Below, one piece after another: positions 1 through 11,812 of a stretch of DNA of 64,000 nt (position 1 is the first letter of the stretch; each line of letters opens with the position of its first letter). The notes under the pieces are model-generated. The model saw only the letters and a list, made by a program, of their open reading frames with translations. It made no database searches and was not told the origin of the DNA. Made by a program: the position numbers and the translations under genes. The DNA comes from Octopus sinensis (Eukaryota): the NCBI RefSeq assembly GCF_006345805.1, contig NC_043002.1, forward strand, positions 55,118,001 through 55,182,000. The letters are read 5' to 3'.

Positions 1-548
1 ACCACAGACTTGGTCATGGAAACTATTAACTACTCCTAGTTTCTCCCGCTGGCATGTGATCGAATCTGTTTTCTGTACAGAAAGCAAAAATAATTGCTGC
101 ACCAAAATTATATACAGATTGCCAGTAAAGGATCAATTCCTGCACAAATCTGGAGACAGAAGATATACAGGACAACTCTAAGCTCTGCTCCCCTGTTTTT
201 TGCAGAAAAATGCATTTCCAACAGCATATTAGGTTAACTAAGACAACACCACCCCCTCAAAAAAAAAAAAAAAAACGCGTGGAAAAATTATTTTGTACTG
301 AGTCTGGTGTGAAGCTATAAATTTACCGTGATTTGAAAAAGATTTGGCTGCTATTTCTAGAATGTGGATAACTAAATAAGCAATAGGAGAAACCACTACA
401 TGGATCCCTTGTATGCTAGAAATAGACATCAAACCGTCTTACCACAAAATCTGTGTTCTCATAAGCTGTAGATTGAAAGGCTAGAGTACAAAATGTCCAA
501 TGCGTTGGTTGATAATTAAATCTGTGTCTTTGTTTTGGCTCTTTTCAG

Positions 549-707
549 GGTCAACTGCCCATGGAAATAGCATTCGAGGAGAGTCAAGAGGATTGTAAGA
601 GTGACATCCTTCCTGAAATATTGGGTCTCAATGAATCCGACATTGAGAAAATGTTAGAAAATGCTACTTCAGGGGGTAACTTGAGTTATATTGCTTCAGA
701 CAAATAA
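549..707 (+). CDS. Candidate terminal coding exon of an upstream host gene (GQLPMEIAFEESQEDCKSDILPEILGLNESDIEKMLENATSGGNLSYIASDK*)
   Basis: Pyrimidine-rich acceptor ttttggctcttttcag at 533-548. Only frame 0 stays open (52 codons, ending TAA then TGA). AT-rich UTR-like sequence follows with ATTAAA near 1007. A weak internal donor (GTAACT at 676) is possible. Product not recognised. Confidence 0.5.
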   Translation, partial: GQLPMEIAFEESQEDCKSDILPEILGLNESDIEKMLENATSGGNLSYIASDK

Positions 708-1399
708 TGAGGGCATTTTATTGGACACAACTCCTTGTTGGAGAAAATGAAGAATGTTACAAATTTCAAGAGAAAACAAGAAAAAAAACAAAACAAAACA
801 AAAAAGACAAACCTGTTCCCTTTCTCAACTTGTTATTTGGCTGGGAGCATTCTTGACCCCAAAACTTGTTGGATTCCATAAATATCGGATGAAGATTTCG
901 CTTATTTTTTATTTTCATTTTTTTCCTGGTTTCTATTTTTTTAAAAAACTTGTTGGAACTTCAGAGTTGATATTGTTTCTAATCTTTATTATCAGTTTTG
1001 TTATAAATTAAAAAGAAAAAAAAATATATATTAAAAATATATATATATATATGTCAACCTTCTCCCTCCTACTAGAAACATGTGTGTGTGTTTATAAATG
1101 TATTTATAGTAAAGGTTCCTGGTTTAGTTTTGGCATATTCAGCTCAGGATCATGTGGTCATGGGTTCGATTTCCAGCAGTGCATTGTGCCCTTAAGCAAG
1201 ACACTTTATTTCCTGTTGCCCATGAGTCGTACCAGTAATTCAAATGGGTTGGCCTTGTCACATTCAGCATCAGGCTGAATCTCCCCAAGCACTCCACAGA
1301 GTGCTCAACTGCTTGCTCATTAATTTCATGAGCAGGCTGTTCTGTTGATCAGATCAACCGACAACCTACCAGTTATATATCTATGTATGTATGCCTGCT

Positions 1400-1760
1400 T
1401 GCCTATGTGATTAAGAGGTTTGCTTGGCAATCATGTGGTTTTAGGTTCAGTCCCATAGTATGCCACCCTGGAGTAACCAATACCTTTCAAGTGAAATGCA
1501 GTTGGTGGAAACTGTGTTGAAGTCTGTCATCTATTTCCACACACTCATGTGTATGTCTGTATTATGTTTGTGTTCATATTTACACTGGTGAAAACCAAAC
1601 CAGTGTGTTGCTTATGTCCGTTAACTTAGCAGTTTGATTAGTTGAGTTCCGGACTGAATTAAATATTGGGGTCGATGTGATTGACTAAAAGAACCCTTCG
1701 AGGCAGTGCCCTAGCATGGCTGTAGTCCAATGACTGAAACCAGCATAAAAATAAAATAAT
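1400..1760 (+). mobile_element. tRNA-derived SINE, degenerate copy of the dominant family
   Basis: Degenerate head (ggttcagtccca), central body, and 3' tail gcagtgccctagcatggctgtagtccaatgactgaaac shared with 5131-5492. Confidence 0.65.
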
Positions 1761-1885
1761 ATACATGATATAATTATATAAAGTATTATATAATGTTAAA
1801 AATAGTTTTGCGTGACTGTGTACATTATAATATATATATATATATATGCATAAATGTGTGTTTGTGTCTCATTTTATATGTATGC

Positions 1886-1920
<35 letters not shown>

Positions 1921-2849
1921 TATATATACATACATTCGATGCTTTTAAAAAACAATATATATATATATGTGTGTGTGTGTGTAAGTTATATATAATTTGC
2001 TGAATTTTCAAATATATGTATTATCCAAATTAATTTGTGTATGTGTGTGTGTATATTTGCGTGTGTCGATGCCCATAAGCGTATGTATATGCAAATATCC
2101 GCATGTGAATGTTTGTATGTGACAAGGAGTTGTGATTACTACTTATTTGAAGCAGATGAAAGGAGTGGTGGGCATGATTGGTCAGGTGACTAGAGACATT
2201 AAAGACACACCTGAAGCCTCGTATACTCAGGTGTGTCTTTCTTTTCTCTACAGCAAGAATCATTTTTTTTTTATGAAGCATCATCATTTTTAATAATCAT
2301 CCACAATAGATCTAATATGGCAGCCAAATCTCCCTCTTGAAGAATACCACTGCATAATGTAGTTTTTGATTGGTACACACACAAAAGACGTGATGGTCAC
2401 GATTGGATTTACTTTGATCAGGGTGAGGCCAGGGTTAATCAACAACTACAATTCCACCACTTCTATGATGACATGAACAACATTTACAGCAACTGAACAA
2501 CTCCATCATCATCATCATCATCAACAAGAAAACTTAAACCAAATACATCATCATCATCATCATAATTCAACACTAACAACAACAACAATTGCATTCCTGC
2601 TATATTTTCTATTTTATTTAACTAAAATCTCTCCCTCCCCCATCTTGTTGTTGTTATTTAGCCCTAGGCCATAGATCTGATCCAGCACAATTACCATTGA
2701 AGCTATGCCAACTCTTTGACTCTACTGTATTATTTAATATGACCTTCCCTTATGTGGCAGCCATGGCTGCTATGTTGTTGTTTAGCCCTGGGTCAGCTTT
2801 AATTGAGCAGAACTATGATCAAAATTGTTTCAGATAGTGATCGTTCCAA

Positions 2850-3030
2850 TGGTCAAAACCAAACTGGTGTGGTTGCTTATGTCCTGTGACCAAACAGTTG
2901 GACAAGAGATCGATAAAATAACTATCAAGTTGAAATAGGGACTACAGTTGATGTGATCAACCAAAAACCCTTGAAAGTTGTGCCCCAGCATGGCCACTGT
3001 TCAATAACTGAAACCAATGCAAAAATAAAT
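2850..3030 (+). mobile_element. SINE 3' half
   Basis: Ends in gtgccccagcatggccactgttcaataactgaaac, homologous to the tail of 5131-5492. Confidence 0.6.
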
Positions 3031-3539
3031 TATTGTATAATGGTAAAAAATGATTTATCCTGGATACACACATCTTCTGCCCCCTTTTTATAGATGTATG
3101 GTGTAATTTGAAGGAGATTTGCTTATTATTTCTAGCAGGCTAAGCAACCATGTATGGGTTCCCTCTTTGGCTCATTTTGGTGTTTACATGTGCAGTGAGC
3201 AGTGAAATTGGTCAAGAGTCTTGTCCTTCTGTACCTGGTTAGGAAATGCACTTAACACATATTGGCTCACCTTGTTTTCAGTATGGAACTGCTAATTTCT
3301 ATAAGAGCGCTATATGTAATTAGCAAATATTTTGTTAACGAACCAAGTACTGCATGCTAAGTTCAACCAGCTTTCCATATAGAAATCTTCTTAGCGTCAA
3401 ATTGCCAAAATGATTTTTGTATCCAAATGGTTGAGCTGGTTTGGCACTGCCAAAACTTACCTTAGCCAGAATATTGACTCCTGCATGTCAGGTGCTAGGT
3501 AATATCTTTGTGTGTCTGGAATTTTGTTAACATTACTTT

Positions 3540-3990
3540 TGTCTATCCATTTTTTTCTGTCCCCTATTCCTGGTAGAGTCCCATCAGAAGTGGGACCAGT
3601 TGAGATTACGATTATTATCCAACCATCTCATTCTTGGTCTCTTGCCAGTTGGCTTGGCTTAGCTTGAAGAATGCATCTTACAATTCTTTCCTGAGACATT
3701 CTATCACATGTCTGTAATACTGGAACTATTACCTTCCAAAGCAGAGAAGTGGCAGCTTGACCCGGAGAGACTCCTTGATCTCCAAGTAATGTTACTTTCG
3801 TCTATAAAATTAATCTGAAATCTTTCTAGAGAACTTTTGATCTCAGCAAGCATGTCTTCCCTCAGACTAACCAACCTAGTCTAAAGAACTCTCCACAATG
3901 ATGCTTTTCTAGCCAAGAATTCTTTTCACTGTGTTTCTGATGCTGACTAGAAATTCCTTAGAAACAAATTCTTCCTATTGAATATTGGTA
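3540..3990 (-). pseudogene. Old, decayed RTE-clade LINE 3' coding fragment
   Basis: Minus strand near 3600-3660 reads TGKRPRMRWLDNNRNLNWS, the RTE C-terminal (G)RPR.RW.D motif; the rest is heavily decayed. Confidence 0.45.
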
Positions 3991-5130
3991 GGAACAATTT
4001 TCAAGAAATGACTTTTTACAAACCTTCCTGACTTGGGACTCTGTTGTGTAGCCCCCAAGTCAAAGATGTTCCAGTTGTGACCATCCATCTTTATTTCAAT
4101 GTAGTGCACCAATATCACAATATTCCAATGTGCCATTTTTTAAAACAGAAATGGCAGCATGTGATTTGAGGGAGATTTGGCTGTTGTTTCTAGCTAGAGT
4201 TTTTGCCATTAGCTTGCATTGTCAATGCAATTCTTATGTTCTGTTATAAGATAATCCTGGACTTCTCTGCCAAAATGCTTTTTACCATTTCTTGCACATA
4301 CAAAAGTGAAGTTTATACTTCAACTAAAATTCTACCAAGTTTAAGGATGAAATATATACATGCATATACACACATACACACAGCATACACGCTTGTATAT
4401 AAGGAAAGAATTTTTCTAAGAAACTGTCACCCTGCCCATATCACATTTTCTGATGGTATTGTGTGTGATTGTGAGTGGTTGCTATACTTTTGAAAATAAT
4501 AATAAATTTATTCATGTTGATCCAAAAACAAATAAAACAAAACATTTTTTCAAACCTGTTTCATTAAAAAACAATGATGGTCACCCTTCAAGTAAGGTTT
4601 TCTATTCAAATACATGCAGTATATTAATATGTATATAATATAATATAATATATATATATATATATTAATATGTATATAATATAATATATATATGTACATA
4701 ATATGCTATCCTATATATATATCTCTTTCTTTTTGGGGTTATGAATACCGAGTGTGTATTTTTTTTTTTTATAAGACATCTGATTGCAAGTTACCAAACC
4801 ATTCACCCATTCACATAAATAATATATTGTAATGTTCGGTTTGAATAACTTGTAAGCATTCCAAATATATATCATTCCATATATCTATATTGTTGTTGTT
4901 TTAATTTTTATTGTTACTCTTCAACCATCTCTCTCCCTCCTCCTCCTCCCTCCAAATCTCTTGTAAATTGTTGTTTGTTTTATTTTATAGAAATAAATTT
5001 TTAAATGTTTGTTTATTCCAATCATTTTTTTTTCATTCACATTTGCTGTTGAGACGTGAATTTGCTGATCCCAAGGAAAAACACAACAAAAAATTAAAGA
5101 CAAATATTTTGTATATGGATATATATATAG

Positions 5131-5492
5131 GTGTAGGAGTGACTGTGTGGTAAGTAGCTTGCTTACCAACTACATGGTTCTGGGTTCAGTCCCACTGCAT
5201 GGCACCTTGGGCAAATGTCTTCTACTATAACCTCGGGCCGACCAAAGCCTTGTGACTGGATTTGGTAGGCGGAAACTGAAAGAAGCCTGTGATATATGTG
5301 TGTGTGTTTGTCTCTGCACCACCGCTTGACAACCGATGTAGGTGTGTTTACAGCCCTGTTACTTAGCGGTTCAGCAAAAGAGACTGATAGAATAAGTACT
5401 AGACTTACAAAGAATAAGTTATGGGGTCGATTTGTTCAACTAAAGGCAGTGCTCCAGCATGGCCACAGTCAAATGAATGAAACAAATAAAGG
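5131..5492 (+). mobile_element. Full-length tRNA-derived SINE of the dominant family (~360 bp)
   Basis: A-box-like TGTGTGGTAAG and B-box-like GGTTCAGTCCC, internal (TG)n, 3' tail ggcagtgctccagcatggccacagtcaaatgaatgaaac, flanked by (TA)n. Many partial copies occur in the window. Confidence 0.85.
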
Positions 5493-5681
5493 AATGTATA
5501 TATATATATATATATAGATATATATATATATATATAGATAGATAGATAGATATAGGTGCAGGGTGTGTGATAAGAAGGGTTACTTCCCAAACACATGGCA
5601 CCTTGGTCTTCTGCTAGAGCCTTGGACCTTGTGAATGGATTTGGTAGACAGAAACTGAAAGACCTTGTCATTACATGTAAG

Positions 5682-5895
5682 GCGATGGGGTTGGCAGACT
5701 CATTAGTGCACTAGACAAAATGCTTGGCTGTGTTTCGCCTGTCACTATGTTGCGATTTCAAATTCCACTGAAGCCAACTTTACCTTTCATCCTTTCGGGG
5801 GTTGATAAAATAAATACCAGTGTTTCACTGGGGTCAATATAATCAATTCACTCCCTCCTCACAAATTGCTGCCTTTGTGGCAAAATTTGCAACCA
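5682..5895 (+). mobile_element. CORE-type tRNA-derived SINE
   Basis: tRNA-like head (ttggcagactcattagtgc...tttcaaattcc) followed by CORE-like cctttcatcctttcgggggttgataaaataaataccag. Confidence 0.65.
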
Positions 5896-5924
5896 TTATG
5901 TGTTTGTGTGTGTGTGTGTGTGTG

Positions 5925-6130
5925 TAAGGTTATGAGCTGGCAGACTCGTTAGCACGCCAGGCAAAATGCTTAGCAGCATTTCATCTGTCTTAACGTTTTG
6001 AGTTCAAATTCCACTGAAGTCGACATTCCATTTGGGGTTGATAAAATAAGTACCTGTTGAGTAGGGGTTGATGTAATCGACTGTCCCCCTGCCCTCAGAT
6101 TTCAGATTTTATGCCTATAGTAGATAGGGT
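5925..6130 (+). mobile_element. Second CORE-type SINE copy
   Basis: Homologous to 5682-5895 (gagctggcagactcgttagcacgcc...gagttcaaattcc...ggggttgataaaataagtacc). Confidence 0.65.
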
Positions 6131-6330
6131 TATGTGTGTGTGTGTTTGTCCCCCACCACCTCCTGACAACTAGCTTTGCTGAGTATACGTCCCTGCAATG
6201 CAGTGTTTCAGCAAAAGAGACCAATAGAATAAGTAGGGGGGGGGGAGAATCAATGCAGTCAACTGGAATTCTTTAATGTGGCACTCCAGCATGGCCACAG
6301 TTCAAATGACTGAAACAAAGATATAAAGCA
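6130..6330 (+). mobile_element. SINE 3' half
   Basis: Begins at the internal (TG)n and ends in ccagcatggccacagttcaaatgactgaaac. Confidence 0.6.
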
Positions 6331-6764
6331 TATATCAAATACAAAAAGCGACAAAAATGTCAAGGACGTTCATGGTTAAGGAATGAAAGTTGAGAGAGAA
6401 AGGAAAGGAAATAGGAACACATGGGCTGCTTTGTATGTTTGGTATATTTTATGGTACTGCTGTAGTTAAGTGGTATTAATAACCAGTTCTTAAAATACGA
6501 TATACTTCACAGTATTAAGGAAGTCTGCCAGCAATTCATTAAAATGGCTCTGAAAAATCAACTCTTGGCACATGGTTCGTTATGACTGAAACAGCTGTAA
6601 GCTAATGAAGGGGATTACATAATTCTTGTGAAAAGAATGATTTTTGAGTTTTAAATTCCTTTTCATGTAATTTCAACAGCCTCTATTCTTGTAGTATGTT
6701 GTCGGTTCTGGTACATGATGTGAAATAGTTATTCAATGCAATATGGTGGTTGCCATTTTAGTTA

Positions 6765-6902
6765 ATACAACCAGTTCGGCAAAAGAGGCTGATAAAATAA
6801 GTACTAGGCTTACAAAGAATAAGTCCTGGGGTCGATTTGCTCGACTAAAGGTGGTGCTCCAGCATGGCCACTGTCAAATGACTGAAACAAGTAAAAGAGT
6901 AA
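6765..6902 (+). mobile_element. SINE 3' end
   Basis: gttcggcaaaagaggctgataaaataagtactaggc...gtgctccagcatggccactgtcaaatgactgaaacaagtaaaagagt. Confidence 0.7.
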
Positions 6903-7049
6903 TAGACATAAAAAAAAAAGGAAAAGACACAATTTTCATTTCCACTCTGCCCAGTATTGAACCATGGACAGAATCTTCCATTTAAGCTGTTGTTCTGCCT
7001 CACCATGCTATTAACCCAGAAATTTACCAGGTCCTTCCCACTTCTACGT

Positions 7050-8090
7050 TCAGTGAGAAATTTAAAGCTATCACAGCCTCAGATCATTAATAAGAACAGA
7101 TTCAAATATCACACTCTCAAGTTTGTTCTTGTTGTTGCTGAAATGGCTCCCTGGATAAAGGTGTTGATGATTAACATCAATAACATTGTAACATGATAGA
7201 GGTTTCAATCTCTACTTACAACTACTCTTATCTTGTTGATAGAAAAAAAAACTCACACCTTCATCTGTCTTGAACCCAGTACCAGATTATGCAGGATGTC
7301 CTATCACATTATTTATCTGCGCCTCCTTTGGGTATCCCCCATTAATTTCTGTGGAAAATAAGATAATTAAATCTATCACAGCATCTGATCAATAATAAAA
7401 ATAGATTTAAATATCTCATTTTAAGCTGCTTTTTTCAGCTGTTGCTTTGATGGCCTAATGGGCAAAAGGGTTGGTGATTTAATAATCTTGTATGAAGATA
7501 GAGGGTTTCAATTTCTATTTGCAACTATTGTCAAGAGTTTTTTTTTTTAACATCTTTGATTAAACAAAAAAAAATCTTATCTACATCCTGATCTGTCTTG
7601 AACCCTTGAACCCCAGGACAAGGTTGTTCAGAATCTCCTTTCACACACCTTTACCAATGAGTCTGTCGCCCCCCCCCCCCAATTAATTTCTGTGGAAGAT
7701 GAGATACTTAAATCTATAGCAGCATCCGATCAATAATAAAAATAGATTTAAATATCTCATTTTAAGCTGCTTTTTCATCTGTTGCTTTGATGGCCTAATG
7801 GGCAAAAGGGTTGGTAATTTAATTAATAATCTTGTATGAAGATAGAGGTTTTAATTTCTATCTACAACTATAGTCAAGAGTTTTTTTTTTTTAAACATCC
7901 AAAAAATCTTACCTACATGCTGATCTGTCTTGAACCCCCAGGACAAGATTGTTCAGAATCTCCCTTCACCTTGTTCATCTGCACACACCTTTACTCATTA
8001 GGCCATCGAGTCCCCCTGTTCATTTCTGTCAAAAATGAGATACTTAAATCTATAACAGCGTCCGATCAATAGTAAAAATGAATTTAATTA
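7050..8090. repeat. Diverged tandem repeat, ~310-340 bp unit, about 3.2 copies
   Basis: ttaaatctat(c/a/g)cagcatc(t/c)gatcaata recurs at ~7367, 7708 and 8045, with a more diverged version at ~7065; ctgtcttgaaccc recurs at ~7265, 7593 and 7925. Confidence 0.8.
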
Positions 8091-8120
8091 CTTCAATATA
8101 TATATATAAATATATATATC

Positions 8121-9010
8121 GCTAGCAACTACAGGATCTCCTACTTCCTCTCAATGATCATACGCCCCATAATCCGGATGTTATCTGATGTTTGTGACAG
8201 CACAGAAGATCTCCTCAGCAGGATTAACGACTGTAACAACACCTGCGACCTGACAGGATGTATAGTGGGTAGCATGGATGTGGTATCCCTATACCCATCG
8301 ATCGACATGGATTTTGCGGTGGAGAAGTGCGTGGAAATGATCAACGAGAGTAAGGTGGAGTTCCACAATGTCAACACAGAGGAACTGGGCCTCCTACTTA
8401 GACTGACATATGACAATGAATATCTAGATAAATATGACCTTAGTAGTTTCTGCCCTAGTAGACGTTTAAGAGGTAGACCACCCACAATTACTTCTATGGC
8501 TAGGAAGACCCATATAGAGAGATGGAGCGGATGGACAAGAGCCATATGAACCCCTGCAAATGTTTATCAGGTAAAGAAAATGGTCGCACATGCACTAGGA
8601 GCTAGTATAAGAGTTAGCCTAAAAGGCCACACGTTTAAGTTTAACAACAAAATATGCGCCCAGGACGAGGGGGCAGCTATCGGTGTTAGTATCGCCGGTG
8701 ATGTGGCCAACCATTTCAGGGTATGGTGGAACAGAAGGCTTAAGGAACGCCTGACACAGAACTCCATACTCGTGAACATGTACTCTCGTTATGTCAATGA
8801 TATCAACATAGTGATAAAGGCACTCCCACAAGAGAGTACTCTTGAAATAGAAATAGAAACTAATACTATGGAGAGCATCCAGCAAATAGCTAACTCCATC
8901 CACCATAATATTAAGGTCACGATAGACTACCCTACTAAACACCATAACCATAGACTACCAGTACTAGATACAGAACTCTTACTGGAAACTGAGAATAATA
9001 AAACTCGAAT
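8121..9010 (+). pseudogene. Penelope-like element reverse transcriptase fragment (Naiad/Neptune-type architecture)
   Basis: ORFs 8154-8549 and 8580-9059 share one frame across a single TGA. Motifs SMDVVSLYPSI, AQDEGAAIG, RYVND (YVDD decayed) and TIDYPTKH..RLPVLD. Starts directly after a (TA)n tract. Confidence 0.8.
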
Positions 9011-9212
9011 CCCTCATCACTGCTTCACAACTGCTGTTCGTTTATTTACATCCCCATAACTTACTGGTTTCACAAGAAGAAACTGATAGACCAAGTACTA
9101 GGCTTATCAAAATAAAAAAAAAAAAAACACTAGGCAGTGTCTCATATTTTTGTTTGCCCATGCAGTTGTATCTATCAATATATATACATGTATGTATATG
9201 TGCATGTTCATA

Positions 9213-10818
9213 TCTATTATATTAAAGTCAATGTCTTTATGTATGTTTGTGTGTTACTTGTACATTTGAAAACTGCTGCACCGATCCTAATGAAATTTGG
9301 AACACAAAATTCAAGCTTAGGGAGAAGGGTAATGCTGTGTGTTTCATACAATTTCATGGACCAAAATTACTGAATGAATCCTTATATTTGGAACTTAGAT
9401 TCAATGCATAAGGGTGGGTATAATGCAATATATTTGGTTTGAATTTCAGATGGCTTAAAGGGGGTAGAATCTCCATGAAAATTCATAAATTTTCGATGTT
9501 GATGGAATTTCAACCATGGGTAATTGACATACATCAAGAAGTATTTTCAAAATTTCCACTTTTCATGAGGCTTCTAAGACACCCTAATGGGGGTCTTAAC
9601 TCCCAAATTTTAGTCATTTCTTTTGTGATCCAAAACTAGTTCAAAAGTACTGGATGGATCTTTACGAAATTTGGAAATTACATTCTATGCATAAGGGCCT
9701 AGACACAAATGAAGCAATATTTATAAAATTTCATCTTCTTATAAGTTAGAAAGACCCCTTCATGGGGACTTAACACCCACAATTTAGTCATTTTATCTAA
9801 GCAAAGACGAATACAGTTGTACTCTTGGAAGCTGTAGGGTCACCTGAGCATTATTTGTAATTCAATGGTACAACAGTGGAAGAGTTTGCTTTGAGATATA
9901 CTTAGATTGTGATTTCTGCAATGTGGTGCATGAATTGTCAAGTAAATGAGAGGCATCTTTGCCTCCACTGATTCAGTTGCAAAATGTTGAGTAAAGTTAT
10001 TTGGTTGCAGACCTCCTTTCAGTCTTTTTATTATCACTGGGTCACACATAGACTCCATATGGTAACATTGATTTCAAGGCCTTCCCAGATGAGTGAGAGG
10101 TTATTCAAATACATTTATAGATTGTAATTTTATTCTGTCTAGTTACGTATCAGTATAGTGGTCATTTGCAAACTCCAACTTTCATTTCTCCTTAGCTTTC
10201 ATGTCACACAGTTGTTAATGTTTATTTCAGTTGGGTCATGTCCTTCCACTTGCTATAGATCTGTAATGCATCTTACGGCTGTGCCTGTCACCTGTATGGT
10301 GAGAAATCCTACATTGGGAGTGGTAACGACTAGGGTACAGTAGCTGACTGCTTATTGTGATCATTCATCTTATGGTTTCCTGTAGCATTGCTCTTTTACA
10401 AACCCAGTGAACATACATATATTTCCTATTTCAAAGAAATTCTAAAAACAGATATAAGACCCAACTTAAAAAGATTCTCAACAATTCAACTTCTCTGGTT
10501 GACATTAAGACACTCACCTCCAATAGGGGCCTAAACTCCCACATTTTAGAGCTCCATGACTTCCATTTTTCAGGAGCAAAATCCTTTTAACAGTTTCTAT
10601 AAGATTGGAATTTTGGAATCTGCGGACAAAAATCAGTAGTACAGGATATATGTATCATGATTACAATATTTTTAGGGTGTGTAAAGAGGGAAAGAACCCT
10701 CATCTGCAATTTTGATGAAATTCGTATCATAGGTATTCCAGTTCATTACAGAAAATATAACAGAAAAGTCTAATTCTTCAATTGCATATAACACTGGCAA
10801 CGCCGGGTATCTCTGCTA

Positions 10819-10819
<1 letters not shown>
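9213..10819 (+). mobile_element. Non-autonomous Helitron-type element (~1.6 kb)
   Basis: 5' TC after A (9212/9213), then TATTATATTAAAGTCAATGTC..(GTAT)..CCGATCCTAATGAAATTTGG. 3' hairpin CTGGC-AAC-GCCGG at ~10794-10806, then CTAG at 10816-10819 followed by T (A|T insertion site). No Rep/helicase ORF. Confidence 0.7.
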
Positions 10820-10851
<32 letters not shown>

Positions 10852-10852
<1 letters not shown>

Positions 10853-11060
10853 TCTTTTACTTGTTTCAGTCATTTGACTGTGGCCATGCTGGACCACTGC
10901 CTTTAGTTGAACAAATCGACCCCAGGACTTATTCTTTGTAAGCCAAGTACTTAAAATATTGGTCTCTTTTGCTGAACTGCTAAGTTACGGGGATGTAAAC
11001 ACACCACCATTGGTTGTCAAGCGATGTTGTGAGGTCAAACACAGACACACAAATATATAC
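10852..11060 (-). mobile_element. SINE 3' half, minus strand
   Basis: Reverse complement ends ccagcatggccacagtcaaatgactgaaacaagtaaaagagt. Confidence 0.8.
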
Positions 11061-11312
11061 ACACACACACACACACACATTATATATATATATATAGGGA
11101 GAGTTTACAAAAAAAAAAGATGAAGACAGGTGTTGTACAAAACAAACAGATGTATTAGTATAAGGCTCAGGAATAGAAAAAGTCTTTTACGTTTTGAGCC
11201 TACGCTCTTCTACAGAAAGGGACACAGAAAAAACAAGGACAAAAAGGAGAGAAAAAAATGTGTGTAGTGGCTAACAATCTATCATAGCGACTGTATATAT
11301 ATATATATATAT

Positions 11313-11603
11313 GGAGGTACAATGGCCTAGTGGTTAGGGTAGCGGACTCGCGGTCGTAGGATCGCGGTTTCGATTCCCAGACTGGGCGTTGTGAGTGTTT
11401 ATTAAGCGAAAACACCTAAAAGCTCCACGAGGGTGGTGATCCCTGCTGTACTCTTTCACCACTATTTCTCTCTCTCTTTCTTCTGTTGGCCTGCTCGCTT
11501 AGCTAGCAGGGTGGCGTCATTCGAAGGCTAAAACAATGCGAACGCATTGTGACCAGCGATGTGTAAAACATCTGATGGTCTGGTCGGTCACGTGATCACG
11601 TGA
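11313..11603 (+). mobile_element. tRNA-derived SINE of a different family
   Basis: A box TGGCCTAGTGG and B box GGTTTCGATTCC at tRNA-like spacing, followed by a non-tRNA body; flanked by (TA)n. Confidence 0.75.
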
Positions 11604-11637
11604 TATATATATGTATATACACATACACGCACACATA

Positions 11638-11800
11638 TATGACAGGCTTCTTTCAGTTTCTGTCTACCAAATCCACTCACAAGGCTTTGGTCGACCCAAG
11701 GCTATAGTAGAAGACACTTACCCAAGGTGCCACGCAGTGGGGCTGAACCTGGAACCATGTGGTTCGTAATCAAGCTACTTACCACACATCCACCCCTACG
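11638..11800 (-). mobile_element. SINE 5' half, minus strand
   Basis: Reverse complement of the 5131-5290 head region. Confidence 0.75.
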
Positions 11801-11812
11801 CCTATATATATA

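Noticed and set aside
754-1011. 85-aa ORF after the first candidate exon
   Set aside because: A/T-rich, low-complexity UTR-like sequence with no protein-like features.
5131-11603. tRNA-like A/B boxes as tRNA genes
   Set aside because: They lack a complete cloverleaf and continue into SINE bodies and LINE-type tails.
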